From: Hemiscyllium ocellatum
Lineage: Eukaryota
Length of the DNA stretch: 64,000 bases
Direction of reading: 5' to 3'
Assembly: GCF_020745735.1 (NCBI RefSeq)
Contig: NC_083426.1
Coordinates: 12,896,001 to 12,960,000, forward strand
Below are positions 53,101 to 64,000 of this stretch, piece after piece. The number at the start of each line of letters is the position of its first letter. Position 1 is the first letter of the stretch. The translations under genes and the position numbers were made by a program. A model generated the notes under the pieces. It was not told the DNA's origin. It was given only the letters and a program-made list of their open reading frames with translations, and searched no databases.

Positions 53101-56100
53101 AGCAAAAGATTGCAGTGTCATCAACTGAAATGATATATTGAACAAATCTAGATTGTTAGGGCTTTGTTCAGTATATCATTTCAGTTGCATGACACTATAA
53201 TCTTTTGCTATGAATTCTGTGTCTTACGATCCTGCTCCACAACTACCCAATGAAGGAGCAGCGCTCCGAAAGCTAATGCTTCCAAATAAATCTGTTGGAC
53301 TGTAACCTGGTCTTGTGTGATTTTTAACTTTGTCCACCCCCGTCCAACACTGGCTCCTCCCCATCATGCTTATTGGAATTATTCCAAATAGTTGAAAGTA
53401 GCTTCTAGCTACTGCTATCATGCACTAAACTGCATCTTGCTGTTAGCGCAGGTACCTCATCTTGTTAGTGCATCACACTCACTAGTGCATATTCTTCCAC
53501 TAGTAGTAACCAAACAGGCCGTCAGGTACAGTAAAAGAAATAAGAAATAGGACTGCACTCTACAACACTCTTTACCTGTGAGTGAACACAGTACATGCAG
53601 CAACATCTGTGGAAACAGGGTTAATTGATTTATTGTCACGTGTACCAAAGTACAGTGAAAATCTATTTTTTAACAAGCAGTACAGGCGGATCAGAGTAAG
53701 CAAGGATGTACAGATCAAAGTGACTTAGACAGGCATTCAGGTTACATTGTGTGCACTAGGTGAGATCAACATTAGCAAGATCGGCATGATTTGAGACTAG
53801 AGAGTCCATTCATCAGTTTAATAATGGCCAGGAAGAAGCTGTTCCCAAACCCGCTGGCGCATGTGTTCAGGCTTCTGTATCTTCTGCCCAATGGAAGCAA
53901 TGGTAGGAGGTCATTACTAGGGTGTGATGGCTCTTTGATGATTTTGGCAGTAAGCCATGTAAATGGAGTCCATGGATGGGAAGTTGGCTTCCATGATGGT
54001 CTGGGCTGTGCTCACAACCTTCTATAATTCCTTATGGTCCTGGCAGAGCAGTTGCCATACCAGCCCGTTATGTACCTGGACAGTATGCTCTCAATGGTGC
54101 ATCTGTAGACGTTGGTGTGGGTCCTTATGGACATGGCCAATTACCTAAGCCACCTGAGGAAGAAGAGGCATTGTTGTATCTCCTTGATTATCGCATCTAC
54201 AGGGGAAAGTCCACGACAGGTTGTCGATTATCATCACTCCGAGGAACCTGATGTTTTCCACCCTCTCAACTTCAGTTCAGTTGATATAGTTGGGAGTTTG
54301 TTCTCCTCCTTTCTTTCTGAGGTCAATGATCAATTCTTTGGTTTGCCGACATTGAGAGAGAGGATGTTCTCATCGCCCTTTATCTTCCTTCTGTATGTTA
54401 ACTTGTTACTATTAGCTATCCATACAACTACGGTGATGTCACCACAGAAAAAAGTCCAAAACTTCACCACAGATTTCTCCATTGTGTATTGTAAAGATAA
54501 CATGAAACTGTAATTGGACACTCAGCTTCATGTCCAACAGCAGGCACCCTCTACCAAGCCAGTTTGCCCCTTATCTAGTTGCTAAACACTCAATCCCTGT
54601 GCTGGGGCATATCATCCATATACAGGACTCCAGATTCCCAAAGCAACTGTTCCAATCAGAACACTGCCATTGTAGGATATTGACAGGAGGGATGTCTTCC
54701 AAGCATTCCTGAAGATGTCAAACAGAAGTATGACTTATGGGAATCATGGCTTGTGACCAAATGAATGGAGAAGACTTGTTTTTGAGTGAACAAGAATAAT
54801 GAGACAAAATAAGTTAAAGGACAATGAGGAAGGCAGCCAGCAAGAATGAAGGAGAGAATGCCAAAAAAAAAGAGAGAGAGAAGGTCACAGGAAAGATAGG
54901 TAAGCTTGCAGCATGGATGGGTACCTGGGCCTTAGATGATATGGCCATTTTGGAGACATGGATAGAGCAGGGTGAGGAATGGATGTTGCAGGTTCCAGGG
55001 TTTAGATTTTACATTAAGAACAGGCAAGACGGCAAGATGGGGAGATGTGGCCTTGTTAATCAAGGATAGTATAGTGGTGGCTGAAAGAATTTTTGACGAG
55101 GTCTTGTCTACTGAGGTGGTATGGGTTGAGGTTAGAAACAGGAGAGGAGAGGTCACACTGCTTGAAATTTTTTTATAGGCCTCCAAAGAGTTCCAGGGAG
55201 GTGGAGGAGAGGTTTGGCAAAATTATTCTGGATAGGGGTGAAAAGAACAGGGTGGTCATTATGGAGGACTTCAACTTCCCCAACATTGTGTGATTAGGAG
55301 GGTTCCCTGACAGAGTATGTTGAAGGGCCAACAAGAGGGGAGGCCACACTGGATCTGGTGCTTGGTAATGAACCAGGCCAGGTGTTTGATTTAGTGTTAG
55401 GTGAGCACTTTGGAGAGAGTGACCATAATTCAGTTACGTTTAGTTTAGTGATGGAAAAGGATAGGTCCATGCCACAGGTCATGAGTTATCAATGGGGCAA
55501 GGGCAATTAGAATGCAATTAGGCAAGAATTAGGATGCATAGAATGGGTTGCAAAATGCAGGGGATGCAGACAATGGAAATGTGGAGCTGGTTTAAGGAAC
55601 AGATATTGCGTGTCCTTGATAAGTATGTCCTGTCTGGCAGGGAGGAAGTGGGAAGGTAAGGGAATCGTGGTCTACCAAAGAAATTGCATCTCTTGTTAAG
55701 TGGAAGAAGGAGGCTTACATGTTGATGAGGCAAGATGGTTCAGATGAGATGATGGAGAGTTACAGATCAGCTCGGAAGGATTTAAAGAGACAGTTAAGAA
55801 GAGCAAAGAGAGAACACGAGCAGTCTTTAGCAAATAGAGTAAAGGAGAACCCTAAAACTTTCTATAGGTATGTGGGGAATAAAAGGATGACTAGGGTAGG
55901 AATAGGGTCAGTCAAAGACAGAAGTGGGAAGGTAAATGTGGACCCTGTAGAGATCGGAGAGGTGCTAAAAGAACATTTCTCATCAGTTTTCACTCAGGAA
56001 AAAGAGAATATTGTGGAGGAGAAGAATGGGATATGAGCTATTAGACTAGAAAGGATCGAGGTTAGTCACGAAGAGGTGTTATCAATTCTAGAAGGAGGGA

Positions 56101-59100
56101 AAGTAGACAAGTCCCTGGGCCAGATGGATTTTATCCAAGGATTCTCTGGGAGGCTAGGGAGGAGATAGGAAAGCCTTTGGCTTTGATATTTGAGTCATCA
56201 TTGTCTACAGGTTTAGTACCAGAGGATTGGAGGATTGCAAATATTGTGCCTTTATTCAAGAAGATCAGTAGTGATGACCCAGGTAATTATAGACCAGTGA
56301 GTCTTACTTCTGTTGTTGGAAAGGTTTTGGAAAGGATTATAAGAGATAAGATGTATAATCATCTAACCAAGCAATGATTTGATTTCAAATAGTCAACATG
56401 ATTTTGTCAAGGGCAGGTGTGTTTCACAAACCTCATAGAGTTTTTTGAGAAGGTGACCAAGCATGAGGGTAGGGCAGTTGATGTAGTAAACATAGACTTC
56501 AATAAAACCTTTGATAAAGTTCCACATAGTAGGCTGTTGGAGAAAATGCAGATGCATGGGATTAAGGATGATTTAGTAGTTTGGATTAGAAACTGGCTTT
56601 CTGAAAGGAGGCAGCATGTGGTGGTTGATGGAAAATATTCAGCCTGGAGTCCGGCTACTAGTAGTGTGCCACAAGGATCTGTTTTGGGACTGCAGTTTGT
56701 CATTTTTATAAATGACTTAGACGCAGGCATAGGTGGATGGATTAGTAAGTTCGCAGATGAAACTAAAGTCGGTGGAGTAGTGGACAGTTTGGCAGAATGT
56801 TACAGGTTGCAGGGGGACTTGGATAAATTGCAGAATTGGGCTGAGAGATGACATGGAGTTCAATGTAACTAAATGTGAGATGATTCACTTTGGGAAGAAT
56901 AACAGGAAGGCAGAGTACTGGATCAATGGAAAGATTCTTGGTAGTGTGGGAGTGCAGAGGGATCTTGGAGTCCATGTACATAGATCTTTGAAAGTTGCCA
57001 CCCAGGTGGATAGTGCTGTTAAGAAGGCATACAGTGCGTTCGGTTTCATTCATAGAGGGATTGTGTTCCAGAGCAGTAATATCATGCTTCGACTATACAA
57101 AACATTACAGTAGCCGCACTTAGAATAATGTGTATAGTTCTAGTCGCCATATTTCGAGAAGGATGTGGAAGTATTGGAAAAGGTGCAGAGGAGATTTACC
57201 AGGATGTTGTCTGGTCTGAGGGAAGGTCTTATGAGGAAAGGCTGAGTGACTTGGGCCAGTTCTCATTGGAAAGAAGAAGGCTAAGAGGGGATACTTGATA
57301 GAAACATACAAGATGATCAGAGGACTAGATAAGGTAGACAGTGAAAGTATTTTTCCTGGGATGATGACGTCAGCTTGTACGAGAGGGCATAACTACAAAT
57401 TGAGGGGTGATAGATTAAAGACAGATATTAGAGGCAGGTTCTTTTCTCAGAGAGTGGTAAGGGCGTGGAATGCCCTACCTGCCAATATAGTTAACTCAGC
57501 CACATTAGGGAGATTTAAACAATCCTTAGATAAGCACATGAATGATGATAGGATAGTGTAGGGGGGACGAGCTGAGAATAGTTCACAGGTCGGCGCAACA
57601 TTGAGGGCCGAAGGGCCTGTTCTGCACTGTATTGTTCTATGTTCTATGAAAATAGTGTGGAAACCAAGAGAAGGGAATATCAATGTTAATGTCCTTTTGT
57701 TCCAATTAAGTGAAAAGTATTACATTTTAAAGTTTACTATGTTTTCACATTTACAGTTACGCACGCTTCAATTAGTGGACCAAAAGAAAAAAGTGGACAC
57801 GTGGGAGAATCTGTCACAATCCAATGCAGTTTTGACACATATTTTAGAAATTATCAGAAGTACTGGTGCAAAGGCTACTACAAGAGAAGCTGTACTGTTT
57901 TGATACAAACTAATGGCCCTGAAAAGAAAAGTCATGATGGCAGAATTAGAATTACAGCTGATAATACAAAAGGACAACTTACAGTACATATGGACCAGAC
58001 AACGAAAAGTGATAAAGGATGGTACTGGTGTGGAATAGATAGACCTAACTTTCTGAATCCATTAACTCCCATACAACTTAAAGTTCTTAAAGGTAAGGCA
58101 CAATATATGCTAACTGGTCTATTTATTTTTCAATAGTATATTTTTGTTCAATAATAAGTTGAAATAAGATCCTGACTTTTCAGTAATGCATTAAAATTGT
58201 AATATTGTGAACTAGAGTAATAGCTAAAAGCAATCTGCTGCTCTTTGGTTTTTTTTCTATTTAATTAGCATTTCATGTTTATCTCAGTAAACACAGCTAA
58301 TTCCTCTTCACAGTTTAGTATAGAGCTATAACATGAGGCTAATGCACTTTCAAATAATAACTTTCCACATAATTTTGAACAGGTGAAAAGATAATTCCCA
58401 ATGACAAGGAAAGACAAAAGTAAATGTCAAGTGGATTTGAACAGGTATACTTGAAGTATTTGTTTTATTTCTGCACCATTGGAATAATGAAAGGTATCAT
58501 GGAGTCATAGAGATCTAAAGCTCAGAAAAAGGCCCTTCAGCCCATCATTTCTGCAGTGATCAAAAACAAATACCTAACTATTCCAATCCCATTTTTCAGC
58601 AACTGCTCCACAGCCCTCCATGTCTTGACACCATAAGTGCACACCCAAATACTTCTTAAATGTTACAAGAGTTTCCTTCTTCCACCCTTACAGTAGCGAA
58701 TTCCAGATTCCCACCACCATCTAGATGAGAAAGCTTTCCTAACATCTCCTCTAAACCTACTGTCCCTTCTCTTAAATCCATGTCCCCTAGTCCCAAGGAG
58801 AAAGGTCCCTTTCTGTGTACTCTATCAATGCTTCACATAACATTATACATCCCAATCATGTCTCCCTTAGCCTCAAACAAAAACAACCCTGGTCTGTCCA
58901 ATTTCTCTTCATAACTGACTCTTCAGCCCATGCAACATCATGGGAAATCTCCATTGCACCATCTTCAGTGCAATCATATCCCTCCTAACATTTTATACAT
59001 TTCCAATATAACCTCCCTGCTCTTATAATGTACGCTTTGACTAATAAACTTAAGTTTCACATAGGCCTTTTAAACTACTTTATCCACCTGACCTGACACC

Positions 59101-61382
59101 TTAAGAGTCTGATGGATATGCATACCAAGGTCCTTCTGATCCTCAGTTTTGCCCTGGGTCCTACTGGACATCCTGTATTCTCTTGTCCTGTTTGCTCTGC
59201 CAAGTGTGTCACCTCATTCATTTGTGGATGGAATTCCATTTGCCATTCAGTAGCCCATCTGTATCTTCCCATATTTCTCCTCATGACAAAGGAACCTCAA
59301 TTATCTGGCATTAAATTATCTGAATTTTGGATTATCCACACCAATCAACCACACCGGCCTGTGGCCCACATTTCAACTCCCGCTCCCACTCTGCCGAGGA
59401 CATGGAGGTCCTGGGCCGTTCCCTCACCGCCAGACGCCTGGAGTAAGAACGCTTCATCTTCTGCCTCGGAACACTTCAACCCCATGGTATCAATGTGTGC
59501 TTCAATAGTTTCCTCATTTTCTCTTCCCCCACCTCACCCTAGTTCCAAACTTCCAGCTCAGCACTGTCCCCATGACTTGTCCTACCTGCCTATCTCCTTT
59601 TCCACCTATCCACTCCACCTTCCTCCTTGACCTATCACCTTCATCCCCTCCCCCACTCACCTATTGTACTCCATGCTACTTTGTCCCCACCCCCACCCTC
59701 CTCTAGCTTATCTCTCCACCCTTCAGGCTCTCTGCCTTTATTGCTGATGAAGGGCTTTTGCCCGAAACGTCGATTTTACTGCTCCTCGGATGCTGCCTGA
59801 GCTGCTGTGCTCTTCCAGCACCACTAATCCAGAATCTACTGTATAGTATCCTATTGTCACACAGGAGATTCCTGGTTATTTACCTGCCAGAATCCCAGTG
59901 ACTGCTTTCTCCGAGTAAGGAATGTTGATGATGTAGAATGAATGTCACTTCTTGCATCAACACCAACTTAACATTGTGCTTGAAAGTTTGGGGTCAAGTT
60001 CGTGGGGGTTGGTTCTATTTCAGCATGAAACACTGTTTTCACACGTGAATGGGATTCCTTGTGGCATAATGTTGGGGAGGAAATTACACTAATTGATTTC
60101 ACAATCCACTTGTTCTGTATATTTCCAATGTTTGCACTTTGTATGATCATTATAACCAATAAATGGTGATCCCGGGTCTAAATTTTGAAATATTAGTATC
60201 CTTCCACTACAAGAGTAAACAAAAATTACTGGATCCAAGATAACTGAGGATTTAGAAAGCCAATGAGATTAAATTGTAAGTGCTAGCTCAGTGTGAGGGA
60301 AAGTTCACCTGAAGGGAACTGAGACTGAGTGAGTATATTTAGAAATTTCTTTCTGAGTAAGAGCTCAAACAGTAAACCTTTTCCAAGTTCAGTCTGAGAG
60401 TAAGAGTCAGAATCTGACCTGGCACCAACAACCTGGAACTAACAGATATTAAGGGAGTTACCTGAATAAATGTTCTGAAGAAGTGTTAACTGATTCGATT
60501 AGATTAGATTAGATTACTTACAGTGTGGAAACAGGCCCTTCGGCCCAACAAGTCCACACTGACCCGCCGAAGCGCAACCCACCCATACCCCTACATTTAC
60601 CCCTTATCTAACACTACGGGCAATTTAGCATGGCCAATTCACCTGACCCGCACATCTTTGGACTGTGGGAGGAAACCAGAGCACCCAGAGGAAACCCACG
60701 CAGACACGGGGAGAGCATGCAAACTCCACACAGACAGTCACCTGAGGCGGGAATTCAGTCTCTCTTCATACATCAGTCCTGACATGAGTCCATGTGGTAG
60801 TGCATTTTGAGAAGATTTGTAGCTCAGGTTGAGGTTTTAGATGTATGTTTGCTCGCTGAGCTGGAAGGTTCATTTCCAGAAATTTTGTCACCCTAACATC
60901 TTCAGTCCAAGTCGTTCTTTTTGTCTGCCCAGGCTCAAAGTTAAGGATACAACGACTGGGCTGGAATCAAACATAATGAGTCAAAGAGATGTGGAGATGT
61001 ACAGCATGGAAACAGATCCTTCGGTCCAACACATCCATGCCAACCAGATATCATGCAGTGGGAACGTTAGTGGTCCATGTCGGTACCAATGACATAGATA
61101 GAATCAGGAAGAAGGTTTTGATGAGGGAACATGAGATGTTGGGTGCTAAACTAAATTGCAGAACTTTAGGAGTAATAATCTCTGGCTTACTGCCTGAGCC
61201 ACATGTAAGGTGTCAAACCATCCATGTTTGCTCCTAATTCATACATTTGCAATAAACCATTTTGTCTTTCACCTACTTATGGGCAAAATAATTCTCTGCA
61301 CTCTTTTAGATGGAGCACTTTACGTTGGATATTCTTTGTTATTCTCCTCCTTTGGGCCATTTTTATCCAAGTGAAGATATAA
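44115..61382 (+). CDS. Gene B: paralogous CD300/pIgR-like single-V activating-type receptor, exons 44115-44154, 57757-58092, 58383-58419, 61310-61382, 161 aa
   Basis: MGFTFLLSIVLLS-V-THASISGP..V domain..KVLK-G-EKIIPNDKERQ-K-WSTLRWIFFVILLLWAIFIQVKI*; all GT-AG, frame preserved; stalk exon least certain. Confidence 0.75.
46640..46835. repeat. TC/TCTA-rich low-complexity repeat
   Basis: Direct inspection. Confidence 0.9.
47900..48605. mobile_element. Penelope pseudo-LTR inverted repeat with purine-rich and pyrimidine-rich arms
   Basis: 47915-48260 mirrors 48270-48600; degenerate hammerhead cores at both ends. Confidence 0.75.
48657..48960 (+). mobile_element. HE1-type SINE (further copies 60498-60755 minus, 61490-61800 plus)
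   Basis: Family similarity. Confidence 0.8.
49265..50940 (-). mobile_element. CR1 LINE, 5'-truncated, RT domain disrupted
   Basis: QHGFVCGKSCLTNL, YMDFSKEFDKVPH, GVPQGSLLGPQLFIIYINDL across ORFs 49421-50955; CR1 3' tail near 49265. Confidence 0.95.
51100..51420 (+). mobile_element. RTE-clade LINE C-terminal fragment (second relic ~54540-54800)
   Basis: RMPDS.FPKQLF..and WEFLVCDQPKWR motifs typical of RTE C-termini. Confidence 0.6.
53630..54400 (-). mobile_element. Rex1/Babar-like LINE RT fragment
   Basis: Minus strand LSLNVGKPK and decayed FYRCTIESIL-type C-terminal RT. Confidence 0.6.
54870..57647 (+). mobile_element. CR1 LINE (partial APE endonuclease + RT + 3' tail), disrupted
   Basis: FYRPPKS, VIMEDFNFPNI, NYRPVSLTSVVGK, SVPQGSVLG, KFADET; TTCTATG tail repeats ~57633-57647. 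Confidence 0.95.
57757..58092 (+). CDS. Gene B exon 2, Ig V domain of CD300/pIgR type
   Basis: QCSF..KYWCKG..C..DGRIRI..D.GWYWCGI; ttacag acceptor, GTAAGG donor; phase 1-1. Confidence 0.95.
58383..58419 (+). CDS. Gene B exon 3, candidate stalk (GEKIIPNDKERQ)
   Basis: ttttgaacag acceptor; AA|GTAAAT donor (same hexamer as gene A stalk donor); the only phase 1-2 solution I found. Confidence 0.5.
59330..59830 (+). mobile_element. Penelope-like 3' end with hammerhead core at 59744-59771
   Basis: GIY-YIG C-terminal remnant then CTGATGA-A-GGGC TTTT GCCC-GAAACGTC. Confidence 0.8.
61065..61205 (+). mobile_element. CR1 ORF1 esterase (SGNH) fragment
   Basis: VVHVGTNDI..LGAKL..VIISGLLPEP. Confidence 0.7.
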
Positions 61383-61396
61383 GTGAAGGAAAGTTG
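61310..61396 (+). CDS. Gene B exon 4, transmembrane exon with Arg; stop TAA 61380-61382; donor after 61396
   Basis: WSTLRWIFFVILLLWAIFIQVKI*, 16/23 identical to gene A TM; acceptor ctcttttAG 61308-61309; GTAAGT donor 14 nt after stop. Confidence 0.8.
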
Positions 61397-64000
61397 GTAA
61401 GTAGCTGATCCTTTCGTATAAAAATCCAGTAGGAATTCTACTCGTTGTAAACATTTTGAATGCATAATAGAACCATGAGCAGAGACCGACACGGTGGATC
61501 AGTGGTTAGCATGGCTCCCTCCAAGCCCATAGCATTCGATTCCAACCTCAGGCAACTGTCTGTGTGCAGTTTGCACATTCTCCCCATATCCTCTGAGTAT
61601 TCCGGTTTCCTCCCACAGACAAAAGATTAGGTGAATTGGCCATGCTAAATTGCCCCAAAGTGTACAAGGATGTACAGGCCAGGGGAATGAGCCATTGGAA
61701 ATACAGGGATAGAGTGAGGGAGGTGGGTTTGGGTGGGATGCTCTATGGAAGGTCAGTATGAACTGAATGTCCTGCTTCCATACTGTCGGGATTCTGTATC
61801 TGAAGTCGATATATGATAGTGCGATCTAGTAGAAATATTCTATGGAACCAGTCAGCAGCTTGCAAAACTCTCATGCATATGTACTTCAAGGTTTAGAAAC
61901 ATTTCCCTGAAACCTCAGCTTAACCTTCTGTGCTTAAAAAGCAATTAGCCTTCCTTCTGCACATAACTGACATGGAGTCATCGAGAGGTACAACATGGAA
62001 ACAAACCTTTTGGTCTAACCCGTCCATGCCGACCAGATATCCCAACCCAATCTAGTCCCACCTGCCAGCACCCAGCCCATTTTGCTCCAAATCCTTCCTA
62101 TTCATATACCCACCCAGATGCCTCTTAAATGTTGCAATTGTACCAGCCACCACCACTTCCTCTGGCAGCTCATTCCATACACGTACCACCCTCTGCGTGA
62201 AAACGTTGCCCCTTAGGTCTCTTTTGTATCTTCCCCTCTCACCCTAAACCTATGTCCTCTAGTTCTGGACCCATCTCCCCCCAACGGCAGGGAATAGACC
62301 TTGTCTATTTATTCTATCCATGACCCTCATGATTTTATAAACCTTTATGAGGTCACCTCTCAACCTCCGGCGCCCCAAGGAAAACCTTTCATATCTCTAC
62401 TCATTCTCTATCCCAAGCTGAATCATTAAACATGGTAATGAATTAAAAGTCATCTGTCAACCCCATAATCCAGTTTCTATGAGGCTTATTTCTATCCATC
62501 CACCTCGTTGTTTAATACACTATTGAGTTTCATATACAGTCATACAGCATAGAAGAGGCCCTTTAGCCTCTGACCTATCTGTACAGACCTATCTACACTA
62601 ACCCCATTTCCCAGCTCTAGGCCCGTGACCTTGAATCTTATTACATTTCAAGCACTGAACCATATTCTTCACAAACTTTGAAATGTGGCATGTATCCCCA
62701 AGAACAGATCATTTACAAGCATCTAATGAGCAATATCCTCGGGCTCTCCTCTCAGAAACACTGCTGTACCTTCCCTTTGATCTGAAATGGAATTAATACA
62801 AGAAAAATCATTTCAGACTCGAAATGTTAACTCTGCTTCTCTCTCCACAGATGCTGCCAGACTGGCTGAATCTCTCCATATTCTCTGTGTTTGTTTCAGA
62901 TTTCCAGCAACTGCAGGATTTTGATTTTTATTTAAGAACGTTGGTTGTTCTGTGATTTCTGCCCCATAGCCACTCTCAAATCAATGCAGCTCCTGTGTTG
63001 TCCCCTTAATCCTAGATCTTAAACTTTGCCAACAGGACTGTTATATTAAACAGTAACAAACATCTTCTGGAAGTTTATGCACATAAGAGCAACAGGATAA
63101 CTCTCATCAATTCCCTACATTACTTTATCAAAATTGAATTAAACAATTCAGTTCCTGCATTGGCTGAAGTTGCCATGAATTCCCTGCCTTCTCAGTCTTG
63201 CCCCTTTCCTGAGGATTGGTGACCCTCAGGTTAAACTTGCCCCTAGTCATCTCACTCTAATAGGAGAACAGTCCGCTGGGACTTTGACTGCTTTTAATAT
63301 AAAGCAAAGATTACAAAACACTAATTGATTCTGAACATGAACTTTGCATTCCAAATTATGATATATGAATGACTTGTGGTTTCCCAGACCTATCAAATCT
63401 GTAATGTTGCATGGCTGTCTATTGGCTCATCAGAGTCAAAAGATGTGGTGCTGGAAAAGCACAGCCGGTCGGGCAGCGTCCAAGGAGCAGGAGAGTCGAG
63501 GTTTCAAGCAAAAGCTCTTCATTGTCGACTCTCCTGCACCTGAGATTCTGCCTAATTGGCTGTGCTTTTCCAGCACCATGCATTTTAACTCTGATCTCCA
63601 GAATCTGAAATCCTCACTTTCTCCTAATGGCTCATCAGCACCTTCAATGCATCGCAGAGCATTGAGTCAATCAAACAGCAAGACTTCCCTCATCACACTC
63701 CAATGCAACATACCAATGACATGCAACTGATGGAGTGATACCATGCAATAACCCTGCTATGTTTTATTTCAAAGTAGCTCATATTCTTTAAGGATTGCTA
63801 CAGACTAATGCAGGGTAAATACTGTCAGAATATATATTGTTGTATACAAATATGTTTATCTATTGTAAACTATTTTTCTTGCACTGTGGCTGGGAGAAAC
63901 CAGGGCAAGAATTGTAATACTAAGTCCCCAAAGCCTGTGAGTTATAGTTATGGAGCAGGCATTTGCAGTCATGTTGAAAATCGAGAATGTAAAAATCGTT

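Noticed and set aside
31740-57756. Both V exons preceded closely by sense-strand retroelement 3' ends
   Set aside because: Different families and about half the window is repeats, so coincidence is sufficient.
32131-58092. Two V exons as domains of one multi-domain pIgR
   Set aside because: Each V exon has its own leader, stalk and TM/stop exon, so these are two separate single-domain genes.
13506-63730. Recurrent short ORFs containing CWKSAAGQAASKEQE
   Set aside because: They are translations of the Penelope pseudo-LTR repeat, not a protein family.

Overview
Repeat-rich (~42% GC) vertebrate genomic DNA. The repeat set (HE1-type SINEs, CR1, Deu-type SINEs, Penelope-like elements) points to a shark, probably bamboo/epaulette-like (inference). 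The main host content is two tandem + strand genes that I assembled by hand from splice signals and frame. Both encode single-V-domain CD300/pIgR/CMRF35-like receptors with a 40-nt leader exon, a 4-Cys V exon, a short stalk exon and a TM exon with a membrane Arg and almost no tail. Gene A runs 28595-37841 (172 aa) and gene B 44115-61382 (161 aa). Both have a splice donor exactly 14 nt after the stop codon. Gene B has lost the ancestral TM acceptor and gained an in-frame one. The 5' part holds a decayed retroviral provirus (LTR-PBS-gag-pro-pol, no env or 3' LTR seen; ~10066-16510) with 21-bp U3 repeats and a Cys-rich post-pol frame. It also holds a young Tx1 LINE with a 15-bp TSD, a tandem stack of Tx1 3' ends, and many Penelope-like fragments carrying minimal hammerhead ribozymes. 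A 9x33-bp minisatellite lies upstream of gene A. Repeat boundaries are approximate and no database searches were run.
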